Translations under genes and position numbers: made by a program
Shown: positions 53,429 to 64,000 of the stretch, in pieces
Numbering within the stretch: the first letter of the stretch is position 1
Layout of the letters: every line of letters starts with the position of its first letter
Notes under the pieces: model-generated
Databases searched by the model: none
What the model was told of the DNA's origin: nothing
Seen by the model: the letters and a program-made list of their open reading frames with translations, nothing else
Assembly (NCBI GenBank): GCA_004022145.1
Contig: RCNU01000002.1
Direction: 5' to 3' (one strand)
DNA length: 64,000 bases
From: Paecilomyces variotii
Lineage: Eukaryota

Positions 53429-55969
53429 ATGGCCCGACGATATCACATCGATGAGCTGCTTGTGCTACGCGCATCGCCTCTGGTCACGAAACCGGACAAA
53501 TTACCTCCGATAGAAGAATGGATGGGGTATGGTATCTATCAGCGTCTATTTGCGACTTTCAGCTGACAAGGAGATGCCTAGTCCGATCCCTGATCCAGTG
53601 ACGCAGCGTAAACCTACCAATTCCAGAGACAACAATAATCAAATTGAAACTACTCCAAACAGACGACCTAGCTTGTTCGAGACGCGGCATGTATCGCGGG
53701 GGTCTAACTCAGGTAAGTCAAATCGTGACGATGTCCCGTTTGACATGGGTTGGGAGGCCACCTGCTGATTCTTTATTGTGCGCGGTCTACAGAGGATATC
53801 ATTCTCGGACCTCCGAAGACGGCCTTCGCATCTGCTTCTCGCATCTATGGGAAATCGTCATCAATCGATTCCACTGATCGATCCAGGTTCAAGGACATAG
53901 ATGACGTCAAGAATGATCGATACAACTTCCGAGAAAAGTTCTTCAAGGACAAAGAAAATGGGGAAAGAGATGCCGACAGGAGAGATACGAGATTGGGTGC
54001 CACCAACGGACGACGCGGTGGCCGCGAGGATAGAGAGGAATGGAATAACGGGCGGCCACGTCGCACTTTTGGTCAGGATGACCAGGAACGAAGACCGAAG
54101 AGGAACGGTGAAGTTGATCGATGGGATAATCGAGACAGGGAGAGGGACCAGCAAGATATCGGGTTTGAACGAGGAAATAAGGATAAGGATGGACGCTTCA
54201 TCTCCCGCCGCGATGGTCAGGGTAGAGGCAGACATGAACAAAGCTGGTTCCGTGACGACGCGGGTCAGGAGGCGCAGAACATCGACGATGACAGACCATC
54301 CGCAAGGAACCGAGATTGGCGCCGGGATAGACAAGGTGCTGACCGTGAATGGAACCGGGGTGCGCGATTTGAGCAAGACCCGGAATGGATGGATGCTACG
54401 GATCGAGACGAGCCGCGCCAGGCTCATACACAGGAAGATTTCCAACGCTGGAAAGAGAGAATGAAAGCTGGCTCTGCACAGCCGCAGCAAAATCAGCCGC
54501 CAGAGGAGAAAAATGCGATTCCGGAACAAGCACCTGAAGGTGCGCGAAAGACAGAAAGTCGGCCCGCGGAAGGCGAATTGTTCAGTAATGTCAGCACACC
54601 ATTCAATGCGGACACCGGTCTGGAAAAGTTCTTCGGGTTACTGGGTGACACCAAAGCAACTCAGGACCCGGGTACTCCAGGTCCAACGGAGTCCGCAGCG
54701 AAGAAAGAATCTCTGTCTATAAAGGGAGGAAAATCATCTCGCTTCGCAGGGCTCTTCAGCCCTTCAGCAGAGAATGCCAACAGGGAGCCCGAGACTCTCA
54801 ACAGGCCAGCCCGCCCGAATTCTACTGATGCGGATCAAGAAGGGTTCCAACGGATCTTGCAGATGCTTGGATCAAGCAAGTCGCGCAATACCACTCCGCA
54901 GGTCGACGGTTCGCAACAGCCGCGCCCAGCGCCTCTTCCTGCAGAAGTCTCGAGATCTTCCACAACATTATCATCGCCAGCAAGGGAGCCTACCAATAGA
55001 CCAGATTATATGGGATACCAGGATGCAAGGAACAGGAACTCCGCAGGCCTTGAGTCGCTCCTTCCTCAAAGTTCTCCCAAAGAATCGCAGGCAAGTATTC
55101 GGGATAGGGAAAACTTGCTCCGCTTGATGCAGCAGGTTCGCCTTTCTCCTGCAAGCGGTCAAGCCCAAGGAAATCTGCAATCACCAACTACAGGACCAAC
55201 CCCGGGCATACTACATGTGCCTAATTTGCTATCTCGTCCCCAAGGGATGCAGAAGCCGCAGAGAACGCCGAGCTTTTTGGATGACCCTGCTATTGCAGAG
55301 ATGTCAAGACCTGGTGCCGATCCTAATGAACAGCTGCGTCGAAGACCTACCAATGGTATTCAGATGGGGCACATGGAAGGAATGACACGTCAAAGGCCTA
55401 CCAGTGCTATTCAGATGGGGTACATGGAAGAAATGCCATTCCCTGCTGTTCCCCAAGGACCCCAAACGCCCGGAGAAAGAATTCCTCAGAGCCATGGCCA
55501 GCCTCCGATGGTTCTTCAGCGACCACCAGGATTTGAGCAGATGCCAATTCCCGGATGGGGAAACCAGCCTCCCCAGAGTGGCGGACCGGGCCCTCTTGCT
55601 CCGCCACCTGGTATCCCTGCTCCATCGAGAGGCATGAACCCGAACTTCTTGGCTGGTCCTATGCCCATTCCTGGGAACATCCCTCCACCGCACGAGCGCC
55701 AGCCATTCCCACGTGGACCTCCACCTGGCATGATGCCTCCGCCGGGATATATGAATATCAACGGACTGCCCACCTCCGCTTTTCCACCGATGCCCCATAC
55801 TCCTGAGGCTATGATGGGGTTGCCTCATTCAGGGCAGGGCCCAGTCGGGGCTGGTATCGCTGGACCTCAGGGCCCGCCACCCTCGTCTAGACACCTCCTT
55901 GAAATGTTTGGGCAAACCAACGGCGCGGATATCCGAGGCGGGATGATGGGCCCAGGGCCTTTTAGGTAG
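53429..55969 (+). CDS. Putative eIF4E-binding protein (Eap1/4E-T-like), largely disordered; 3 exons
   Basis: Exon 1 MARRYHIDELLVLRASPLVTKPDKLPPIEEWMG carries a YxxxxL-phi motif. Later exons have DIILGPPKTAFAS, EQDPEWMD, HTQEDFQRWKERMKA, KSSRFAGLF, DQEGFQRILQML and a Pro/Gly-rich tail. Confidence 0.75.
55337..55438 (+). repeat. In-frame 51-bp tandem duplication (2 imperfect copies)
   Basis: 55337-55387 encodes RRRPTNGIQMGHMEGMT and 55388-55438 encodes RQRPTSAIQMGYMEEMP. The shared nucleotide core is TATTCAGATGGGG.ACATGGAAG. Confidence 0.85.
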
Positions 55970-57498
55970 AAGCCAACAACTATCGGCTTTATCTGTCCGT
56001 TCCTGCTCAATCCACGCTGAATGAGCATACATTGGACTAATCGTTATTCACTCAGTTTTGGAATAAGTCGGCCCTCTTCCTTCCGTTTTAGCTTTTTTCC
56101 TCGCGGTGCTCTTAGCGGAGCTAGGCGTTGCTGTTATTTACTGGTGTTTATTACCTGTCTTTCTTCTCTTATTTGTCTTTCTCGCATTGCGAGGATGCAA
56201 GCATAAAATTGGCAGTGTGGAGAATCGACTTATTCCGGAGCTGTTGTTGGATAAGAGCCAGATGGGGAGGACGTCAATACTGCTAGTCGCCTTTTTTAAG
56301 CGCTCGCAAGTGTTGTCGACAAAGAGGGCAATGGACGGGTTGGTATTGTTTGATCTTAGGCTCAATGTACCTCCGCTTTGTATATTGTTGAGCCCTGTAG
56401 AGTTCGGCAGTTTCCAATCAATCTAATGCTCATCCTCCGAAGTTGCTCTATATATAAGCTTAAGATATATGCCACCTCACATCTTAGTGTAGAAACGTGA
56501 GTGATCTAATCTACAATTAAGTTTGACCTTAAACCTGTGATCTCCACGGATGAAAACTACCTATAGAGATGCAGAATAAAATTGAACAATTAGGGAAGTT
56601 GAACAGATGACGGTGTTTTTATTACTGTAAGAAAAGGGTCATAAATCACTTGACATTCGTAAAAAACCAACCAATTAGAGGTTCCTGCCATCTAGTTGCC
56701 CTCTTTGTATATGACAATCCTTACAAGCGTCCCAAAGCGAAGTAGTACTGGCGTCCTCCTCATCTGATTCTTATCCAACAAGTAACTAAACGATGGCACT
56801 GCACTCGCTTTCATCTGTGCTCATAAGCCACAAGATCTGTTTATCTAAATACCAGGTCGCTCGAAGAGAATCCAAGATAGCATCAACATTCTTCCCGGCT
56901 GCGTGCCACTTATTATCAACTATCTGTCACATATGCTCGCTGCGTGATGTTAGCTGATAAAAACCATGTATCCCATAGTTATTATCGCTGTCACGGCTCT
57001 TCACTGTTGTGTAGACACAGAAGAGCATCCGTATAAGTGTGTATTATGCAGCAAGGTCTTCGGAAGGAGAAACTAAGAGTTACCATCGTACTTGAGGAAC
57101 TTGGCATAGCGATTACTACTGTGTAGTGGTGTCCTCATTTGTCATTCTATAAGTCATAGCATCTACGGAGGAATCTCGGATGCTGGCGAGGAGTCTCTGA
57201 TAAACCTTGGAACTATATACTATACATGGTTTAGTACTATAAGAAACCATACTGCCCTGTTGTACCGCCATATCACATGTATAATAACTTACAACTGCTG
57301 CCTGCTCCTCGATAAAATAACTCAGCTTTCGAACTGTTGGGCTCCCATCTCAAGATCAGATCATCCCTCACTTCTTCACTCTCTAGACCTTACTTTTTCG
57401 CCATCTAGATCTCACTTCTTTCCTCTTATTGAACATAAGATCTGTTGTTAGTTACTCACTTCGGTCTTACTGCTCCTTTCATACTCACTTCACTCGCG

Positions 57499-58848
57499 AT
57501 GTCTTCGTCGCGACGCACTCAAGACGCCAGTGATGAGTCTAACGTCTCTCAGCTGTCTGACACTCTACGCGCTCTCATAGTGCTTACGAACGAACTCTCT
57601 GCCCAACTAGACTCTCAGAAAAACCAGGAAGTGCAACAGCAGCTACAGTTGTCAGACGATTCTTCTCCTGAAACAATTCTTACGAGAGTGCTTTCTCCTC
57701 AGTCCATAACTAGCACCGCGTCATCTTTCGCCGCCTTTCATCAAAGCCATCAGCACGTTGCTGTGACTTATCGAGTTATTGGATTCGGCCAGTGCGGTCT
57801 TGTCTTTGAGAGGCCAGGAAGAGGATTTGTGGTCAAAGTCGCGAAGCCAGCTTACGAAGAAGCTCTGTGGGCGGATTTCACAGCTCATCACCAAGTGCGC
57901 CAAGCGTTCGAGCAGTATCAGCAGCAGCATAATCAGGATATGGAATGCCATGTCCCTAAGGTTTTTTCTTACGTACCTAAAACGAACCAGACCTGGTGGG
58001 AATTGAATTCCCCATTCTTCGCAGAGGTCCACGAATCCGTGCCGCTGCCTGCAATGGCTCTCATAACAGAGCGTATTTTCCCTCTCCCCAAGATCGCCCG
58101 TCAAGCTCTGATCAACAAGTACTGCCCGCCTGAACTCCGACCTACAGTGAGCGCTGATCCCACGAACCGAGACTGTCTGGCTCGCATTTATCTGGGGCGT
58201 CGCCGGCTGGCAGGAGGCCTACCTGCTCCCAACTTCACTCTACGCAACTACAACCTCTGCCTAGACCAGATGCTCGAGCTTAATCTACCTGTCAAGTCAC
58301 TCGCGTCTGCGATGGGTGAAGCCTTAGCTCTCATCCACTGGTGTGCAAATGTGGATGGCTATGACATCGAGTTCGTGCTGGGTGGTGAAGGAGACGTCGT
58401 CTATACTCGTGACATGTCAAGTATCCTGACCCTGACAAGGAGCCAGTTGCTTGCTATGCAGCCGCATACAGACCTTGAGAGCATGATGTCAGTGAATTTT
58501 AAGCGACGTACTACGCGGCTTTGGGTGCTCGATTTCAACCTATGCAGCCTGTGGCAGGAGAGCGCTGGTTGGGAAAATCCAGACGCATTGGTGGCGCACT
58601 TAGTGACAGCGTTTTTTGAAAACGACCCTTACTATCCTCTTCCATTAATGGAATTGGATATCGATCGAGAGCTGTGGACAGTCTTTAGCAATGCCTACCT
58701 GGACACTGCGGCACAAACACTTTCGGCGCCTGGAAAGGACATGAGGTTAGCGGACTTGCCACAGAAGTTTATTGATGCTTGTATATTACGCGAAAGAGAA
58801 GCTTTGGCCAAGAACCTCGGTCATGGACATCGAGAGTTGAAGGGGTAA
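57499..58848 (+). CDS. DUF3669-type fungal protein with protein-kinase-like motifs; intronless
   Basis: Gly-rich loop YRVIGFGQCGLVF, VVKVAK lysine, LWADFTAH, ERIFPLP, NRDCLARIYLGRRR, FTLRNYNLCLDQM, ALALIHW..DGYDIEFVLG, LWVLDFNLC, AFFENDPYYPLP. First ATG at 57499. Confidence 0.8.
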   Translation: MSSSRRTQDASDESNVSQLSDTLRALIVLTNELSAQLDSQKNQEVQQQLQLSDDSSPETILTRVLSPQSITSTASSFAAFHQSHQHVAVTYRVIGFGQCGLVFERPGRGFVVKVAKPAYEEALWADFTAHHQVRQAFEQYQQQHNQDMECHVPKVFSYVPKTNQTWWELNSPFFAEVHESVPLPAMALITERIFPLPKIARQALINKYCPPELRPTVSADPTNRDCLARIYLGRRRLAGGLPAPNFTLRNYNLCLDQMLELNLPVKSLASAMGEALALIHWCANVDGYDIEFVLGGEGDVVYTRDMSSILTLTRSQLLAMQPHTDLESMMSVNFKRRTTRLWVLDFNLCSLWQESAGWENPDALVAHLVTAFFENDPYYPLPLMELDIDRELWTVFSNAYLDTAAQTLSAPGKDMRLADLPQKFIDACILREREALAKNLGHGHRELKG

Positions 58849-59326
58849 TTAGTCTTAGGGAACCATAGCATTATCACACTTCGTTACCACTGTCGTATCA
58901 TAGCTATATTGAACTATTTAAGTAGCTAGTTACTGGCTAAAACCTAGGATCCAAAGTGCGTTCGACCCATATTTAGATAGATTAAAAACTACATCTATGA
59001 ATCTAGTAAATTGTATAGTCTTTAAGTATCAACAAATGTAACTTCTACGCAGCTAAGGGATAATGCTCCAATAGATCCATAAAGTACAGAGGAGGTTACC
59101 CGGTAACTTACAAGAAACAATGCAGCAGTACCATCTATTGTGGATAGCGGCGTCCCTTTCACCCGATATTCACAAAGACTGCTTGTCTATATATTCACCT
59201 ACATCATTCCCAGGTCCGTTTCTCCTCTTCTTACTTCAACTTCTTCTCCGACCTCTTCTTCCACGTCTAATAACTCTGCTCGCTATTGGACTTTCTAGCC
59301 CTCTCCTCTTAGCCATCTGTTTTACC

Positions 59327-60509
59327 ATGGCCACGACCAAACCCGTTAATGCATACAGCCGCCAAAAACACACAGTGCGCCTTAGAGACTGGGCTTTAAG
59401 CCTCAAGGAAGCAATCGACGCTCTTCTACCGTCTGGCACCAAGCGATATCGTCAAGTGGCTGTTATAGGCTTTCACTGGGAGAATGACGACATGGGGGTA
59501 TCAAGTCTAGAAGATAATTTGTTAAAGATCTTCAAAGATATATACAACTTCAATACGGAATCTTATACGATCCCTACGGCAAACTGCGCATCTTCCCTGC
59601 AGATTAAGCTTGGCACCTGGTCTCAGCACTGGGCCCGACCGGATGTCCTTCGGATTTACGTATATTCAGGACATGCTGGACCTGCTAGCACAACTGATAA
59701 TCGCTGGTACATAGCGTAAGTCATCTGTGGTATCATGTTTTTGTTTAAGTTTCTTTTAGCTAATTTATGAAAGTGGAAGGGCCGGTCCCAATGGTATCGT
59801 AGGCCCCAGAATTTACTGGCAAGGTATACGCGATGGAATCGAAAACTGCGCCGGTGATGTGTGCTACATTCTTGACTGTTGCTCTGCTGGCTCTGCGGCC
59901 ACGTACGATGGTCCAGAGATACTTGCAGCAGTAGGCTGGGAACAAATCGCCAGTAGTAGTCTGGCCTTCTCCTTCACGCAAACATTGATCGACAAGCTCC
60001 GCGATTTGAATGGACAGCCAGCCACTCTAGCCAATCTCTACTCTATGATCCTTCGTGACTGTGTACGCAGTCAGATTGGAGCGTATCCTGTGCACATACC
60101 CAAGAAAGGACGTTCAAGCATCGTTCTGAGCAGAGTGCCAGGTCCGAGATCTAGCGATCCTCAGGCGGCTGCTTCGATGCAAAATTTACTTCGACGCTAT
60201 GGAAGGTCGGAACACCGAGTGTTATTGAGCGTTCAATTCCAACACGATATTCAAAGACCAGATGTGCGATGGATGGCGTGGCTCGCAAACAATCTTCCTC
60301 CCGGACTCCTCTCTGTCGACATTCAAATCGAGGCTTATTTCCAGGGATCGAATCTACTTCTTGTCACCGTTCCAGTTGAGGTCTGGACAATGCTTCCGGC
60401 AGATAACAGCGCGTTTAACTTTGTCGGGCATGTTAGTTCAAATAATATCTTGCCTCAGATGATGAACAACATCTCCTCCTCGTTGCCCGTGAGGAAATAT
60501 ACAAAATGA
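59327..60509 (+). CDS. Caspase-like (clan CD, C14/CHAT-related) domain protein; 2 exons, intron from 59716 to ~59772
   Basis: VAVIGFHWENDDMG, LLKIFKDIYNF, hydrophobic strand + His (RIYVYSGHAG), hydrophobic strand + Cys (DVCYILDCCSAGS), EILAA, FSFTQTLIDKL. The C-terminal domain has VLLSVQ, LLLVTVPVEVWTMLP..AFNFVGHVSSNN. Confidence 0.75.
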
Positions 60510-61060
60510 ATGGGTTCTCCGGGATCTGTGCCAGTTATTCCTCTCTCTTTCCCAATTCGCCATCTTTGTACTTCTGGAAATGGGTGCCATTGAATCAATT
60601 GTAAGCGGTTCTGTGAAGCTCAGCAGCGTTTCTTGATTTCCCAGTGCTAGCACCGGACAAAAATAAATAAGGAGGGACATGTCGTTTATCAATATAACGT
60701 TCAATGTACGGGGAATATTGCTCGAATAATTTGTTTCGTAGTTCCATGGTAAAGCGCGGGAACATCTGGTAATCCCAGTCCCTTCTCTGATTGTTGCGAA
60801 GAAGGGAAGAATCAGGCAATTCAGCTCATCCAGCATCAACGTAGAGTATTGACTTGAGCCAGCCACCAATATCTAACAGTTGCTTGATCAGTAGCCAGAA
60901 GCAGAGATGCAGATCGATTCTTGCTAAGAGAAGGCGAAAAGGGAAAAGAGGAGGGCAGAAGGCATCTTAAATAGTCGACGAATATAAAGAACTCGCCAGC
61001 GCCATGATCCATAAACTGCCAAGAGATGGATCTGTTCTGCAAGATGGACCTCAACCGCTT
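60490..61060 (-). pseudogene. Decayed P-loop NTPase fragment resembling Crinkler-associated (CR-NTPase) proteins; boundaries approximate
   Basis: The frame of ORF 60595-60819 reads DWDYQ...YIDKRHVPPYLFLSGASTGKSRNAAELHRTAYN*FNGTHF...E*LAQIPENPFILYIS. It has a Walker A-like GxxxGKS, with in-frame stops at 60828-60826, 60597-60595 and ~60537. Confidence 0.55.
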
Positions 61061-61565
61061 TCATAAGTACAATTATGCTTCGTCTTCATCCGCTGTATGT
61101 CTAATCTTCTTATTGAGATTATGCCCGGTATCCTTGTCCAGCGTACAACGTACGGGGAAACCTCCCCTGGTGTTATCGGAGAACGCGCACCACGTGTCGA
61201 GCTCCGCCGTCTGAAGCATGGCTACAGATAAACCCTGAGCGCTCTCTGAAGCCGAATGATGTGATGTTTGATAATGAATATAAGATGATGGATGATTTGT
61301 CTATAGTATGGTAGGGACGTGTGGAGCGTGGAGAACCTGAGCTTCGTGCTACTTCTAGTAGACGCGCTTTAGCGGAACGGATCGCATCCGTGGCTAGCAA
61401 GCGAAGATGCGGCCGGTTCCTCATGAGCTTACAACCTGTATTCAATAACACGTTCAGAGGGACAGACCAGCTTGGAGTAGGATTTAATGGCGTATCTGGA
61501 TAGTTTCCGCAACACTCTGCATAAAAGCTCAGTAGACTGAGAAGCTGAATCAGGTCAAGAATACG

Positions 61566-61613
<48 letters not shown>
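61566..61613. repeat. (ACT)16 perfect trinucleotide microsatellite
   Basis: 48 nt of uninterrupted ACT repeats, ~275 nt upstream of the SNF2 gene start. Confidence 0.97.
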
Positions 61614-61616
<3 letters not shown>

Positions 61617-61888
61617 CTGTTGTTAACTTATTGGATCCAGCTAATTGAGTGTTTTAACTAATACCGCACCTGTATCTCACTATCACTGTCTTTTTCATTT
61701 CTCCTTCCTCTGGGGTTCTTTCAAGTTCCACTTAATCTTTTACCTATCTCTAAGGATTTCAGAAATCCTAAAGTGTCAAACCCAGATCCTGATATCTTAG
61801 CTTTCTCCTCCTGGACCCATCTAGTTAAATATCTCATCCTAGTTACACCTCACCTAGACCTCACCATCACTCCTCCACACCTAACAAT

Positions 61889-64000
61889 ATGGAGCAGCCA
61901 GAGCACACGGAACCTTCACCCGCGCCTCAAGAAGGCACAGAGGCTGAGGCTGTCGACACACTCAATGTCGACGCCAGGCTCAAGGAGACGGTTGAGGACC
62001 GCAGGAACCAGGCTCTGACCAAGGGAAAACTGGCTCTGGCGCGTCTGAAACTCAATCAACGACTGAAAAATGAAATATCAAATCGTGTTGAAAATGACAA
62101 GACCGATAACGCCACTACGAACGAAGCTACGACGGAGGCCAATTCTGTCGGCCAAGTTCAGACTGATAATCTCACTCCGAATCACGACTCGACTAATAAG
62201 GACTCACAAGACTGGGAAGCTGAGTCTGAGAATGAACTCTCTGAGTCCTCTGAGTAAGTCATCTCTTGTCTCTGTTCTTTTGTCTACATAGTTAATGCTT
62301 GCAGATACGAGAAACTCGAAAAGTGGTATGGCGGACTCCGTGATCCCACTATTGAGGACATGATCAAGTGGCAGGCGGCAAAGTTTAAGGAAGAGACCCG
62401 AAAGAAGAGACTGCTCAACAGAAAGAACCTCAACGAAAACCAGGACGAGTCGGTGGATAATCAGCTGTTCTGCTCTGAAGATGAAGGGGAGGCTCCTGGA
62501 GCTTCTGCAAAATCTCAGGATGAGGGCGAAGGCGACCAGCCTGCAAGTGACGAGCTTCCTACCTCGACTCAACCTGTGAACAAAGATCAGCCCACCAATA
62601 AAAGACGAAAGGCCAACAGAATCTCTGCTGAGGAAAGGAGAGGCAGTCTACAACTAGGTCTCGATATTGCTTTGTCCAGGACTAAAAGCACTGCTAAGAA
62701 ACCTTTTCGGAAGACCCTCAATGGCCCCGCAAGATCTTTGGGTGGAAGAGCTACCAGGACTAGAAAGTCGAATATCGGCGAGAGTGTTCATGGGAAGCCA
62801 CAGACTAAGAAAAGAGGATCAAAAGCAAACGATGTGGACTTCGGGTCATTATTCCAAACGGATATAATCGCAGATGCGCATGAGAATTCGAGATTACCGG
62901 TCCATACCTTTACTAAGAAGAACAAAGATGATGCTTTGGCGGAGTTAATCGCTAGTATCCCTACAGCAGACAGAGAAGACGCAGTTCCCGATAAACGATT
63001 GGTCAGGGAAGCAACAAGGAAGTTTACACGGCCGGCAAAAAGTGATGGTGATGGTGGCTGGAGAATAAAAGGAATGGCGACTAGCCTATACAGTTATCAA
63101 GTTCGTCCTCCGCTATGGTATTCATGGATGTTAGCTAATCGGTCTATAGGTCCTGGGAGCAGCTTTCATGGTATCTATCTCTACGTTAACGCAACCAGTG
63201 GGCTATACTTTATTGACTTTCGAAGCGTGACAGGGAAAACGGACCTAAGAGACCTCATGGAGGATTCCTTTGCGACGTTATGGGGTTCGGGAAGACTATA
63301 CAAATGCTAGGTGATATCACTCCCCACGTATCTTCCCACCACAATAGAGTCTAACAAGATATAGCTAATATGGTCGACGGCGTACCCACAGACAGGGATG
63401 ATCCGGCAAGGACGACACTCATTGTCGTCCCAGCACATCTTGTTTCACACTGGTAAGCTTTGGTATGATTATGGGTACTTGTCAAGTAATAATTATCGTT
63501 CTAGGGCGAGCCAAATCCAGCGGCATTGCGAAAAAGGCGCACTGGGGTCCATTATCCTTTATCACGGGAAGTCAAGAATAGTTTCCCAGGACGCCGTGAA
63601 TGACCTCCAGATGTTTGGTGTCATGTAAGAGCATATACTTCCGAAATACATACATACCACACTGACCATTCTACGCAGAATCACCACATATGACGAAGTC
63701 AGGAGATCTTATCCAGACTTCAAACCGCCGGACGAGTTGACTACCGAGACCGAAATTCAAGAGTGGTGGGAGGACGCCTACAAGAAGCACGCTGGTCCTT
63801 TGCACCAAATCAAATTCAGAAGAATAGTCCTTGACGGTTAGCTATTCAGAATGACTCTTTTCCCCTCTATTCTTTGTAACTAATATTGCCACAGAGGGAC
63901 ATTACATCAAAAATCCAGAATCCAAAGTGTCTATAGCAGTACGTGCTCTTATAGGCCATTATAAGTGGATTCTCAGCGGAACTCCCGTACACAAGTAAGT
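61889..64000 (+). CDS. SNF2-family ATPase/helicase (Rad5/Rad16/Uls1-like), many short exons; 3' end outside window
   Basis: Acidic/basic N-terminus, WRIKGMATSLYSYQ|VLGAAFM|RDRE...GGFLCDVMGFGKTIQML (motif I), TLIVVPAHLVSHW (Ia), ITTYDEV, FRRIVLD|EGHYIKN (motif II), KWILSGTPVH (motif III). Confidence 0.9.

Noticed and set aside
58960..59012. Short matches (ACCCATATTTA, ATCTAGTAAATT) shared with 1958-2020
   Set aside because: Only 11-12 nt each in AT-rich DNA with different spacing, which is insufficient to call a repeat family or element termini.
61566..61613. Repeat array considered as CRISPR or telomeric repeat
   Set aside because: A simple ACT microsatellite with no spacers, and not TTAGGG.

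Overview
Eukaryotic, intron-containing DNA from a filamentous ascomycete. Gene content and GT..AG/CTRAC introns suggest Eurotiales (Aspergillus/Paecilomyces-like); this is inference, not a database result. The central ~47 kb (9.5-56 kb) is a dense block of conserved housekeeping genes: PPR protein, ERG8, KRE2/MNT1-type mannosyltransferase, mitochondrial S12, UMP1, UBL3-like, PAT1, UDP-glucose 4-epimerase, PBR1-like SDR, G-patch protein, SEC1, SUV3, PRP22, URB1 and an eIF4E-binding/4E-T-like gene. Three accessory zones are visible. (1) The left end carries an MFS sugar transporter, a Zn2Cys6 regulator, an O-methyltransferase and a small frameshifted gene. (2) A ~3 kb decayed island at 17.9-21.1 kb holds a stop-riddled NACHT/NLR-like remnant and a Ty3/gypsy chromodomain fragment. 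(3) The right end (56.4-64 kb) has an intact DUF3669-type kinase-like gene, an intact caspase-like (His/Cys dyad) gene, a decayed Crinkler-type P-loop NTPase and a SNF2 helicase that runs off the window. The best leads are the kinase-like + caspase-like pair (a candidate cell-death/defence module) and a spliced uORF whose TAA abuts, in frame, the ATG of the PPR gene. I recognised no rRNA, intact tRNA or CRISPR array. Exon boundaries were read by eye and family calls come from motif recognition, not searches.
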